The notes under the pieces were generated by a model. It ran no database searches. It was not told where the DNA came from and worked only from the letters and a program-made list of their open reading frames with translations. From Rhina ancylostomus (lineage: Eukaryota), in contig JARFYF010000094.1 in the NCBI GenBank assembly GCA_030265395.1, positions 91,232,636 to 91,296,635 on the forward strand: DNA of 64,000 bases, in the 5' to 3' direction. This document shows positions 1-12,866 of this stretch, piece after piece. The translations under genes were made by a program, and so were the position numbers. Within the stretch, counting starts at the first letter, position 1, and each line of letters begins with the position of its first letter.

Positions 1-1223
1 CTACTTCTTGTGTTCTTATGTTCCTAATCTGGAAATGTATCTTTGTTTCTTCACAGCCGCCGAGTCAGGTTCTGGAATCTCATCTCCCAGTAAATGGAAG
101 TGTCCTGGAGTGCACCTTTCACCAGGTTTGTAACTCCTGCCCTTGCCATAGCTCATGAACGAATTTTTTAAAAACATTTCTATTTTGCCAATTATGGTCT
201 ACTGAGTGCATCTACTCTAATGAAGCCTGTGGCTGTTCAACATTTAATGTGATTGCTCCAAATTTACATACAACCTATAGTACTGATACTGGGCTAAGAA
301 TATTAGTAAAATGTTGTCTTTCTTATGAACTGAATCAAATGTTTAAAATTAGCAAAACCTTTTGAAAACTTGCTACCTTTTAACAAGCCTGTGCTATGTA
401 GTTTAAAAAAATAATTATTCTTCTGTTATTTAGGGAAAAGGGAGTGGTTCAAGTTTTTTTTGTAAGGAGAGCAAATTGAAATAAATGTAAAGCAAATCTG
501 ACCCTGGGCATCCCTCCAGTGTCCATGATTAAGGTCACACGAGCATTCATCAGGTATGAGGGCACTTGACAGCAGTGTTCGTCATCAAGGGAAAGAAACA
601 TCTGGCAGCAAGCCAAAATGCAAAAAAATCTCCCATTGCCCTATGAAGTGTGCATGATAATCCTAAATTTATGTTATATTCTGCACACATGTAATATATT
701 CTTTAATAGTTTTGCAGTAGCAACAAAGGCTTACATTTGAGGAAGCCACAAACATTACACAAAATACCTAAATTCATCTATTCATATAAACATGTACAGA
801 AATACATATTTATCCTGCTGCGATATTTAGACGAACACAATTTGTGAAGGAATGCTGGTTTCCATGGGATTTGCACCAATATCCTCTTGGAACTTTTACT
901 GGTCATGTTCATTTTATACATAATCAGCCAAAGCACCTTCTCTGCCAGTTGTTTTATATCAAAATTTCACAAACAGCACCATTAAATTAAAGCAAACAGG
1001 CTGATGAGTTTCACCTTCATATAATTGGAAGACTCCCTGCCTAGAAACAATCACATATGTAGTTAGTTGTACAGGGCAGAACTCACAACACTGCAGTTCA
1101 CAATTGTGCACAGAGAGCTCACAAAGGAACACTTTGGCTTATTCATAAAGATAATGTTTCAGTGTAGACAGACAGATTATCCGCCCGCCTCCTAGATGTA
1201 GTGCTCCTGCAACAAGATACAGT

Positions 1224-1560
1224 CTTGCATTTATATAGGACATTTCATTTCTCTTTCAGATGTTCTAAGGCACTTTCATAGCCACAGAAGTACTTTTGAA
1301 ACATAAGCACTGTTGTAATATAGGAAACACAGCAATCTATTTGTACCCTGGCAAGCTCCCATTAACAACATAGTCACTGGACGTGGTGCAACGGTAGAAG
1401 GGTTATTCGCCAGGATAGCTGGGATAATTCCCCTATTGTCCCCCTCAAAATAGTGACACAGAATTGTCAAAGTCAACCTGAGAAAGGAGACGAGATCTCA
1501 GTTTAAAGTCTCATCCAAAGAAACAATTCTAAGTGCAGCAATTTCTTGGAACTGTATTGG
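1224..1560 (-). mobile_element. Old Deu-domain SINE remnant (SacSINE1-like)
   Basis: cttgcatttatatagg...gaagtacttttgaa...gtttaaagtctcatccaaag resembles the reverse strand of the recalled DeuSINE tail and core. Confidence 0.55.
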
Positions 1561-1692
1561 AAAATCAACATGACTTTTACTACTCCCAAATATCAGAACA
1601 CCACAATTGCTTGGCTCAAAACTTTATTACAAGAAAAGCATGCGAGGAGAGGTACCTCTCTGAGCAACAATCTTTGTTCCTTCTCCTGTGGT

Positions 1693-2510
1693 TGAGCTCT
1701 ACAATTAAACCAGGATGACAATTAAACGGGCAGGGTATTTCTAGGAATGGATAAGAAATTCAGATAACTCTAATTCATCTCCTGTTTTGTAAAGTTCCTG
1801 TTTGAATTTTGTTTGACATAATTACAATTATTGGTTGAATCTTTCTGCTCTAGCAGTCAAACTGCTCTAGCTGGTTAAACTATACAGATTAGATCCAAAG
1901 ATGTTAAATATCACATCCCAGATGTGCAATAAATGGCCCTTCCTGGAGTCAAACAATGATGGATTCACTATACTGGCTGTAAGGAAAATATCTTTCAATA
2001 GGCATAACATTGAAAAAAATCAATTACAACTGAGAATCTCCACACATCCAAATGTACAAAAAAAACACCAGTAGCGTGCCAGATCAACATCACCTCAGTA
2101 AAGAGAAACACTCTCTGATCCAATCAGAAATTGATACACAGAGCCCAGAAGTTAATCACACCCTTGCCTTGAATAGAACTGTCACCGCAAACGTACAACA
2201 CGGTGTTGTTATTAAGGATCTTGTTTACTGGAGCCATCAGAAATCCAAGGTTAATAAACAATGCAACAAAAGGTTCAACTCAGTCAACAAATGCACATTT
2301 TCCCATTGTGTAAAGAAAAAAAGACATTACCATTAGCAAGATAAACTGAATTTTCTCACAACCAAACAATGGGTGTGAGTTCTACAGTTAAACCAGGATG
2401 ACAATTAAATGGGCAGGATATTCCAGTGAATGAATAAGAAATTCAGATGACTCTAATTCATCTTCACTTTTGTAAAATTCCTTTTTGAATTTTGTTTGAT
2501 ATAATTACAA
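1693..2510. repeat. Pair of ~135 bp direct repeats (1693-1827 and 2376-2510)
   Basis: Both copies read tgag.tctaca.ttaaaccaggatgacaattaaa...aagaaattcagat.actctaattcatct...gaattttgtttga.ataattacaa. Confidence 0.9.
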
Positions 2511-3188
2511 CTACTGGTTTTCAAATGTGCTGGCTTCTAGAGAACATTACACAAAAGCAGACAACAGCGATGTGATAATCCACTCTCTCTTAAAAAACAC
2601 TTTTTACTTAGTGCAGGAGAGAAAGAAGAGATCTATTTCTAGTACTCTATTTGATTAATCCTAGTATCTGATAAAGGACATGAAGTTCCAGAAGGAAAAT
2701 ATACGTTTTCTCTAGATCTGCCAGTGCTGATGTGGTGCCCAAAGTAGACTAGACACAAAGTGATAAGAACCTGTGCAGCAGCAATACTAAAGTTGAACAT
2801 AAACGGAGAGAAGGGGGTGACAATGGTGGTGGTAGATGGGGGTAGGAAAGTGGAGCTAGAACAAGGCCATCCCTAAAGCAACAGAGAAAGAAAATCACAG
2901 CAAATCCCATTCACAAGCTGCGCCACATTTCCATGAGAAGCTGACTGCTAAGCTTTCTTGGTATTCAATAACTTTGAATTTACCCAAAATTCAAAAAGAT
3001 ACAAGTCAATTAACAGTCAATTAATGGTTTTTCAAATAATGAAAGATTTAGAAAAATGAAATGGGTAAAAACTTTCAAAAGAAACTTACTCAAACAAATT
3101 CAATCACTAAATTAAAAGAACAGTAAATTGCCTAATTCTCTTCTTCAAGTCATTGCTCTCTATTCAAGTGAATGGATTTGCTGTTTCT

Positions 3189-3452
3189 GGCATAGTCTGG
3201 TCGAATATAAGGGGGATGTCGGGGTAAGTTTTTTTTACACAGAGAGTGGTGGGTGCATGGAATGAACTGCCGGCAGAGGTTGCGGGGGCAGATATATTAG
3301 GGACATTTAAGAGCCTCTTAGGTAGCCATATGAATGATAGAGAAAGAGAAGGCTATGTGGGAGGGAATGGTTAGATAGATCTTAGAGCAGGATAAAATGT
3401 CAGCACAACATTGTGGGCCGAAGGGCCCGTATGGTGCTGTAATGTTCTATGA
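3189..3452 (+). mobile_element. CR1-clade LINE 3' end (young)
   Basis: ttttacacagagagtggtgggtgcatggaat...gtgggccgaagggcc...gttctatg, a typical CR1 3' terminus. Confidence 0.85.
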
Positions 3453-3869
3453 GTATGCCACAGATTCAATGGGCAGATGCTTTATGTGGATTCTAATGTC
3501 AGAATGTAACCAAAGAGTCACCAAGGAAAAACAGTCACTCCAGCTCAGTTAAAAGAGATATCGAACCTGTTTATGGGAATCCTGAACTTGAGGCACTTGT
3601 GCTGAGCAAGGTTGGAAGTTTCAAATGAAGTGCCAGCATTTCCCAGCAGTTTTAAGCCCAATATTTCAATGTACCACATATTTAATTTAAAATTTATGCA
3701 ACTTTACTATATTTGGATCTTCCATTTTTTTATTTTGATACCAGAGATTTTTAAAATTAGCTTTTTATTTCCAGGTTTGGATTGTGAGAACTCTAAAATT
3801 TGAATGGCTGCTCAGCTAGCCATTGAAGGGCCCAGACAGAAACAGACAATGAGAGAGGAAATTCACAAA

Positions 3870-4400
3870 TTAAAACTTGCAGGTATCATTGAGATCATTG
3901 GTGAGTCCTACCATTTTGCTGCTGATTGAAAATAACCAAGATGACTTTGGCATCCAAATTCCAAAGGACAAAGAGATAAAGAAAATTAGCCTTATCTCTT
4001 TTTGAGAAGGCGAAAAGTCTTGTGGAGGTTCAACTGATGTTTTCATTGACAGTCTCTTGCATTTCTCTAGACTTTCATGTACCTCCTCATCAATTTTTAG
4101 ATCATCCAGAAATTCAATTACATTTTTCTTTGCCGAGTCTTGAGCAACATCATCTTCCTTGATGATTGATGTACTCATTTTGTACTTCAGTCACGCTCTC
4201 CGCCTTCATGAGTAAACTTCCTTTTTGGTTTCTGATCTCTTACTGATCACATGCCTATAGAATACTTTGGATTTCATTTTATGTATATTGCTAGACTTTT
4301 CTTATGCCTTCATTTTTTTTCCTTTCCCTCTAAACATTCTGTAATCAACCTGGCATCTGGCACAGGTCTTTTCTTCTTTGTTCTATTTTACTACATCCTT
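3870..4400 (-). mobile_element. Degenerate LINE ORF2 fragment
   Basis: Decayed CR1-like ORF2 linker reading (EFLDDLKIDEEV...) with no intact frame. Confidence 0.45.
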
Positions 4401-4529
4401 TGGCCATGAAGTACATTATAAAAATCTTATATTAAGAAAATCATTTGAGAACAACAGAGACTACTGTATATATTACAACAAAGTAGCTGAGAATGGCAGT
4501 CAAAGAAAATTAACTGAAAAATAATAAAA

Positions 4530-4650
4530 AAGATGCTGGAACTCTGAAATAAAAACAAAAAATGCTGTAACTTTTCAGCAGGTCAAGCAGCATCTGTGGA
4601 AATTGAAACAGAGTTACATTTTGGGTCAAAGACTCGTCTTCGGACCAGAA
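4530..4650 (+). mobile_element. Penelope-like terminal repeat fragment
   Basis: agatgctggaa...aaatgctg...cagcaggtcaagcagcatctgtgga motif, which recurs many times in the window. Confidence 0.6.
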
Positions 4651-7007
4651 AAGATAAATATAATTAATTAAATTTATTGTTTAATTAAAAGACAAAATGT
4701 TTAACAGTGGCAGGTCAATGATGCCCCTTATAACAAACTGTCATTAAAGGTAGTCAAGACACCATCAACAGACCACACTAAAAAGAAATTGATACTACCA
4801 GAACGGCATCGTTCATGCTCCCATATAAGACATCAGAATGAAATTGTATCCAAGAAGCTTTGTTGGAAAGCAATTACATGCAATGATGAATAATCATGCT
4901 AAAAAGAAAACAGTAGTAAAGTATGCATCCCAGAATGTGTGCTGATTTTTTAGACAGTGTGGTAAAGGTCAGGAAGTCAAATCTGATGCGTTCATGACCA
5001 CTCCTAATCCTCATCTGCCTGGGTCACTAGCTCTTTGTTATTTTTGAACCAGCATGATCACTGTACAACTTCTTGATGTGTCTGATTACTTAAAAAGGAA
5101 CATTTTGCCTTATATCTAGCTGTCTTCCAAATTATGACCCCATCCAAAAACTACATTTGAAACTCTCCATTCACATTGCATGCAGACAAGTCTTCTAATT
5201 CCAGACAAATTTTAGGATTTCAGCCAAGAATTGTCAGATAATATTTACCGGTGTCAAGTTTAGTTTGTTATCATGGCAATTGTGCTATAGAAATGCAAAT
5301 AGCTTAATATCTACATGGGCTAATGGTGGGACTGTTCTTCAATGTAATTTTGTATTTAAACTTCTACCACTACCAGGAAGCAGTATTACGAATAAAAGTC
5401 TGCAGAAGAGCCCTGAACACAATTTCCCAAAAGACAATGGACACTTGGTTAAATGAAATTTTTAACAACTCTGTAAGTGTAGAGTAAGTGTACTCTAGAG
5501 GGATAAGAAGCAATGCCAACTAGGTGGACCCAAGACACAGACCAGACATGAGCTCTGAAGGCTGAACACTGGTCTACTCTTGACCCTTGACCTCATAAAA
5601 CTTATCCTTAATTATTACTTGTCTACAAGTGTGTATTAAAACCAGTGCACTGCAATCTACATGTACAACTTCTAACCCCATAACCAGTTCTACTGATTTA
5701 CTGGATTATTATCCCAATCAAGCTGATGGTCCAAGTACAGAACCAATTTTGACAAGACATTTATTTTGAAATGCACAGATGACAAGGTAACATCAACTGT
5801 AAATAGCCAAGTGTTGATGGTAATGGACTATAAAATGTTAAATTATTTTTAATTATCCATTATTATGTACTCTTCCAAGTACACTCAGGAGTGTTCAAAA
5901 AGGAATTCATGAATTTAAGAATAAAAAGATTCGATTCCCTAAAAGGTTAACAGCTGTTGCTATGTTTGAATATCAGAATGAGCTTTTGCAGAGACTGATG
6001 AATGAACATATTTTTGAAATTCTTTGGAGTGCAAGTAGGAAGATATGCTTCATATTTTCAAACCAGCTAAAATATTGTTGTTGAATATATTAAAAATTAT
6101 CTTTTGCTTCATCCCTTTGGAGTACATTATTGGAGAATACTTAATGGAATTTCTAACACATCCTGTTGCTAAATTTACACCAGCCCACGAGCATTTCTCA
6201 CTGGGAATTAGAATATTAGTTATAACAAATTTTAGAATGATGGATAACTTAGTTAAATATAATTCCACAGTTTTCTATACTACTCAAAGTTGTAAGCTAC
6301 TATACGGAATATTGCATAATGTCAAGGCCAGCTTTCTGCAGGAGCACTCTGATAGTAATGCCACCACTTTGCTCTCCTACAGCTTTGCACCATCCTCCAT
6401 TTCAAATTGTTATTCTACGTTTGCTGAAGTGCTTTAATATTCTCTGTTATAATCTCCCACAAAACATTCCAAGCTCCAACAATCTGCTTGGCAAAGATAC
6501 TCCTTCAACCTCTCCCCTTAATGAGAATTTTGAACTGATGACCTGTCATTACTGAACAGCAAAAAAGAAAAAGAAAATGGTCTTTCCTGATTGATTATAT
6601 CATGATTTAAAGAACTTCAGTCCCTCCCCTGTTCCAGGAGGTACAATTCCATTATTTGAAATCTCTCTGCAACTCTTCCTCCTGCCACATACTCTTCAGC
6701 ACAGGTTTTCAAACTGGGAGTGGGCCTCTCGAGNNNNNNNNNNNNNNNNNNNNNNNNNNNNNNNNNNNNNNNNNNNNNNNNNNNNNNNNNNNNNNNNNNN
6801 NNNNNNNNNNNNNNNNNNNNNNNNNNNNNNNNNNNNNNNNNNNNNNNNNNNNNNNNNNNNNNNNNNNNNNNNNNNNNNNNNNNNNNNNNNNNNNNNNNNN
6901 NNNNNNNNNNNNNNNNNNNNNNNNNNNNNNNNNNNNNNNNNNNNNNNNNNNNNNNNNNNNNNNNNNNNNNNNNNNNNNNNNNNNNNNNNNNNNNNNNNNN
7001 NNNNNNG

Positions 7008-7190
7008 CAGAGGTTGTAGGGACAGATACATTAGGGACATTTAAGAGACTCTTAGATATATGAATGATAGAGAAATGGGGGGTGATGTGGGAGGGAAGGG
7101 TTAGATAGATCTTAGAGCAGGACAAAATGTTGGCACAACATTGTGGGCCAAAGGGCCTGTACTATGCTGTGGTGTTCCATGTTCTATGTT
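7008..7190 (+). mobile_element. CR1 3' end, near-identical to 3277-3452
   Basis: Shares gatagatcttagagcagga.aaaatgt..gcacaacattgtgggcc.aagggcc; preceded by an N gap. Confidence 0.85.
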
Positions 7191-10100
7191 CAATTTGCTC
7201 TCCCAAGCCTGCTCAGTACTCACTGGAAATGTGGGGCCTTGCATGACATAACACCATTACATGGGAGAACCAGAACAAACATTACTCATGAAACAGCTCC
7301 AGAAAACAACCGGTTGAACCATGCCCTGGCTTTGCCAGCTGTTAAACCAGTCAGAAACTGCTTCTGAATGACTCATTTAAAAATATCCAAAAAATTCTAA
7401 AGTAACTAAAATTAATATCCTAAAAGCAAAACACTTAAATCTTTAAATAATTAAAAGTATTAAATTTGCTCAATCGGAAAAATTACAAGTTTCAAATACT
7501 TACCTTGCTCCTAGACAGCTGTTCCTCTCCAGTCAAGTGAGGAAAATAGTTATTTCTGTGCCAAGTCTAATTACAGGTTCAGTGAGCAGATTCCTCAGGG
7601 CAAGTCCTGATGTGATGTTGCAAGTCTGCGCTCTGCTGCTGGAATGCGCAAGGAGCCCAGCATCAGAATGGAGGCAGAAAATTAATTGTGAAGACCAGCC
7701 AGCAAGTTTGGGACTTCCGCCTTCTCATTGGAATCCTGCTCATTGGCACTTGGAGAAATTCCAGCAGTTCTGCACAGAACTGCCAACATCTCTCCGCAAG
7801 ACTTGCCCCATTACATTTGGACTCCCAGGTCTCTGTTCATTCTTACGCTTTAGTACCTTTCTATTAAGTGTATGCTGCCACTTCTTGCTTTTCTCCTGCT
7901 ATGTTAGCAGGAGGAGGAGAAGTAGATGCAATTTTGTTTTTAAGAAGAGACAAAGATGGAAAGAATAATTTGGGGTAGTTAGAAATGTTAGCTTTTTTGA
8001 AGGAGTAGGATGTTGTTAATAATTTATTCTGTTGTCATATGCATGGAAAATGAAGGAAATGGGAGGAAAGCCATTTAGAATTCTTCACTTCCTACCCCTC
8101 TCCTCTCCCAATCCAACCTCCACACCCCAGGTAATGGCAGCTGAGTTGTGATTTACTGGACTAGTAATCCAACAAAATCAACTCATAATCCAGAAACATT
8201 TAAATCGCACCACAGGTGGAGGAAAATTTAACTTCAATTATTTAAATAATCTGGACTAAAAAGATATTCATCATAAATGACAAATCATGAAATTGAATTG
8301 ATGTGAAACTCCATTTGGCTCATAAATGTTTTTCATGAAAGAATCTGCCATCGCTATCTGATTGGGTTTATATCCAGACACTCAGCAGTGTTACTGCTGA
8401 ATTGTCATCTGAAATAACCAAGTCACTTTGTTACAATCAATTTATAACTAAATGAGCATAAATCTAGACAGATAGCCAGCATTCAAATAGCTCCGGAACA
8501 CAGAAACAACAAGGCATGCTCAGGCCAGGCAATTCTGCAAAGCCTTCCTGAACATCAACTGGCTTGTGCTTTATTTGGGACAGCTGTCTCACAGATAAGT
8601 CAAGCAATGGTCCAACTGAGCCATATGTATAAGTTCACAACTTTCAATGCACCAGATTCCTGCATCAGCAATCCTGCATATCCACACCTACCAGAAGTAG
8701 CAGCAAGGTGGCATACAATTACTATCACTAGGTTCCTACACCAAAGGAAACATCTGTCAGTATCTACTAACAAGCTCCTTCCTCAAACCCCCCAACCCAC
8801 CATGTTTCAATAAGTTTAACATTTCCCCATAAGATCACTTCTCATTCTTTTGAACTCAATAGAGGTCTAATCTGCTTNNNNNNNNNNNNNNNNNNNNNNN
8901 NNNNNNNNNNNNNNNNNNNNNNNNNNNNNNNNNNNNNNNNNNNNNNNNNNNNNNNNNNNNNNNNNNNNNNNNNNNNNNNNNNNNNNNNNNNNNNNNNNNN
9001 NNNNNNNNNNNNNNNNNNNNNNNNNNNNNNNNNNNNNNNNNNNNNNNNNNNNNNNNNNNNNNNNNNNNNNNNNNNNNNNNNNNNNNNNNNNNNNNNNNNN
9101 NNNNNNNNNNNNNNNNNNNNNNNNNNNNNNNNNNNNNNNNNNNNNNNNNNNNNNNNNNNNNNNNNNNNNNNNNNNNNNNNNNNNNNNNNNNNNNNNNNNN
9201 NNNNNNNNNNNNNNNNNNNNNNNNNNNNNNNNNNNNNNNNNNNNNNNNNNNNNNNNNNNNNNNNNNNNNNNNNNNNNNNNNNNNNNNNNNNNNNNNNNNN
9301 NNNNNNNNNNNNNNNNNNNNNNNNNNNNNNNNNNNNNNNNNNNNNNNNNNNNNNNNNNNNNNNNNTCCCCTCCCACTAGTTTGGGCACCGAAGAAATAAA
9401 TTCAAGCAAAGCACTTCTTGCACTGAACGGATTAGTTTAATGTAAGACAAACAGAAAACTTTACTATTCCACCGACGATTGAATTTTTGGTTTTCTGTTA
9501 TTTACCACAAGAGATTTTAAGTAGATATGCTGCAAGATACCTCAGGCAGAGATTTCCAGATGACAAGCATAATAAGAAATCATGGGAATTTTGAAGAGGA
9601 AGCAAGTTGTATTTTTAACTACTGCTATGGTTAAATATTAAATCAATTTTAAAAGTCTATTGCAGTCAATATAGAATCAGAGCCTATTTTCTTTAAATTA
9701 ATAATTTTATTCATTAGTGCTTGTGTTAAAAACACAAATTCAGTAAGCAAATAGATGCAGAATTAATTTTGAATTCTATTTCACGGGAATATTGAGGTTC
9801 AATTTTGTTCTGGCACCTCTTTAGTACAGCCATAAATAACTTGTACACTTATTTCAATACAGCAATGAAGAGGACCTGATGAGGCACCAACCACAAAGTG
9901 CAGATCAGGAAAGTGTGCAGTTCGAGAGGTAGCTTTTCAGAGAATCTCTGAAGCTCGGGATTAAGGGGCATGTTAAGAATTACAGAATACTCTTCAGAAG
10001 GGGCTAAATTTATAAGATGATTCACAACATTACACCTGCTTTGAAGTGAAACTCCATAGATCCTTGCTTAAGTAATNNNNNNNNNNNNTTGCTTCTGACT

Positions 10101-12000
10101 CATGCAGACTAGATATCAGATACCAAGAATCTTTGACCCAATTTAACGCAAAACAAAGAGACTTTGTGAGGGACATTTATTTTAAAGTCTCCAACTTGAA
10201 GTGGTAGCATTAAGTTTTGATGGTGGTTTAAAACAGATTGTTTGGTAACCCAACAGAGGTGCTTATGGCAAGTTGAAATAAATAAAAGGACATAGACATA
10301 AAAACAAACTGAAAATTATATTGTTACACTGGGTGCTGATGGTAATCTGCAATTACTGTGTGATGGAACTGAGTAACTAGTGCATCAATTGCAAATATTA
10401 TGTAATCGAAATCATGGCATTTCTTGAATTCATTCTCTAAGATGCTCAGTCAAAACATTATGGGTAGACATTTGTTTTCACTGCCTGCATAATCATCTGA
10501 CAGGAAAGATCACACAACTGCTACATCATTCAGTCGATATTCTACCAAAATCAATGAAATGAAAATCAGACAGACTCTAAGGGCCGGTAATATAGTACTC
10601 CAGATTACTACCCAGCGAAGGCAAAAATCTATTCCGTGGGCTTCATGAGGACATGTTGTAAACACCAGGAAAGTAGGCCAGATGTAGCTGAAATAAAGCT
10701 CAAAACGCTTCTGAGTACAGTAATTATACCTGTCTGAAAAATAACACCATCATAACAGCAATTATAGAGCATCTTTAAAATATTGAAAGAATAAAAGATA
10801 TTACTATATATACTTTAAAAGATAAAAGGAACTAACAATTATGCAAGTTAAAAAAGTAACTGAAAACTTCATCAAATAGATGTCAAGGATTTAGCAAGCC
10901 CTAGAATTGCTGAGAATGCTTGTGAATGACTGCGATTTTTAATGGAATACAGATGGGGGTGGACTGGGGCAACTACAGTCAGCTAATGCGGCCAGGTGGA
11001 TAAGTTTGGAGACCAATAAAAAAACTACAAGTTCACGACAACTTTTTTAAGCCAAGATGAGAAGCATATAGAATGGAAGCAAATTATCACACAAAGGAAT
11101 TTAACATCGTCAGTTCCATCCTGAAGATACTATGATAATAAAGGAACACTGCAGAGAGGGTAAAGCAATGCTTAAGGTGACTAATGAATCTCTGGCATTC
11201 AACTGGGCTAAAAAGGACCATCTGCTCTCAAACCTCACCCACAGATTTGGAGACACAAGTGGGTGCTGTATCAGCAATCACTGGAAGAGACAAGGACAAA
11301 TGTGGCATTGAGGATACATGATTATTTACTTCCAAAAATGCTCAGTATTTCAGATAATAACTGGGACTGCAGATGTAAGTCAAAATTTTAAAAAATACTG
11401 CTAGTCATTCACCAGATGGCTTTTGAGACATTTTGTGATTAAATGTGGAAATGGAGTCAATGTAGTCACTGCAAATGCGAAAAGAATGAGTCAATTTCCC
11501 AGCAGTCGAATAAACCAGGTAGTAGAAACATCTGTTACACACCAGTAGGAGTTAGTTACCAATAGATCAGTGTTAAAAAAATAAATTAGCCAGCAGAAGC
11601 CAGGAGACATCAATCAGGTGTCAGGACAGTTATGGATACTTCAGGTTGGAGAGCCTATCGCTCATTTACAGGAGCAGCCAGCAGTGCGTTGACAGCTCTG
11701 CCTGCCTACAAAAACTCTCCAAAAGGAGTAAATTCTGATAAGCTGAAAACATTAATGTTCTGACAAACAAAAAATACCTGTGCTGAGAACAAGTTACTGG
11801 AGCACCGTGCGTTATTCTTCAAAGCCTACAGCTTTCACATAATGAGAAAACGAGGACAAGGTACTGCATTTTGGAAAGGTAAAGTCTCTTAACCTATTCC
11901 CACCTCCAACAAAAAACACCAATTTCATTACATTGATGGATTTTCTAATTTACAGTTGCTCAGAAAATTGTGGTTGCATTACAAATTCATGAAATCTTAC

Positions 12001-12136
12001 CTGGTCATTTCATCATCACCCACGACTTTAGCAACAGGGGAGTATCTGCCTGGTGACGACGGAGGAAGAGACTGCTTGTATTCTGTACTCCCTAAATAGT
12101 TTGATGGTGTAATATGGTTTTCCAGTTGGGAGTAGG
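12001..12136 (-). CDS. dlg1: dlg1 PDZ2-PDZ3 linker exon (136 bp)
   Basis: (S)[44 protein letters not shown](R), with the conserved RYSP motif. TTCTAG acceptor, GTAAGA donor, phase 1-2. Confidence 0.95.
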
Positions 12137-12576
12137 CTAGAAGAATACAAAAAAAAATTATGTATTGGCAGTGCAATTCTATTTTCCCATATTTTGTGAT
12201 ATTTTTGTCAACGTATTTTGAAAGTCAAAGCAACATAGATTAAGTTATCAACCAAAATCAATCTCAATAAATATTCAATTCCTGCAGCTTTTGCTTGAAT
12301 CTATGCAAAAGTAGCGATCCATTTGACCAGTTTGAACTCAAAATACTTCCAGTATTTTTACCACTATTATTTATTCCTTATTATTAAAAGAGCTCTAGAA
12401 TGAGGGACAGCCTGGAACAGTTCATATTATTGTTAAAGTTTGTGCATGAAGAGTCTAAATGATTCCACCCAGAATAAAATTGTAGTGGTATCAGTCTTTA
12501 AAGGTGGACTAAATGATAATTCTTAAATGCTGAACGTAATATACTGGGATTTACAAAGTTGTGCACAAAAATCACT

Positions 12577-12866
12577 GGGCAGGCACGGTAACGTAGCGGT
12601 TAGCATAACACTTTACAGTGCCAGCGACCCAGGTTCAATTCCGGCCGCTGTAAGGAGTTTGTATGTTCTCCCCGTGTCTGCGTGGGTTTCCTCCGGGTGC
12701 TCCAGTTTCCTCCCACAGACGTACAGGTTAGGAAGTTGTGGGCAAGCTATGTTGGCGCCAGAAGCATGCCGACACTTGCGGGCTGCCCCCAGAACACTGG
12801 ACACAAAAAATGCATTTCACTGTGTGTTTCGATGTCCATGTGACTAATAAAGATATCTTATCTTAT
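12577..12866 (+). mobile_element. tRNA-derived V-SINE (HE1-like)
   Basis: A/B-box-like head (ggcacggtaacgtagcggtt...ggttcaattcc), V-domain gtttgtatgttctccccgtgtctgcgtgggtttcctccggg, tail aataaagatatcttatcttat. Confidence 0.88.

Noticed and set aside
1-12000. dlg1 PDZ3 exon, or DLG2-type extra linker exons
   Set aside because: No EPRK...GLGFNIVGG or PPEPVYS-like coding sequence was found by eye. It is presumably beyond the window or hidden in an N gap.
12577-12650. tRNA-like sequences at SINE heads (also 51818 and 61325)
   Set aside because: They run straight into SINE bodies and lack a full cloverleaf, so they are not tRNA genes.
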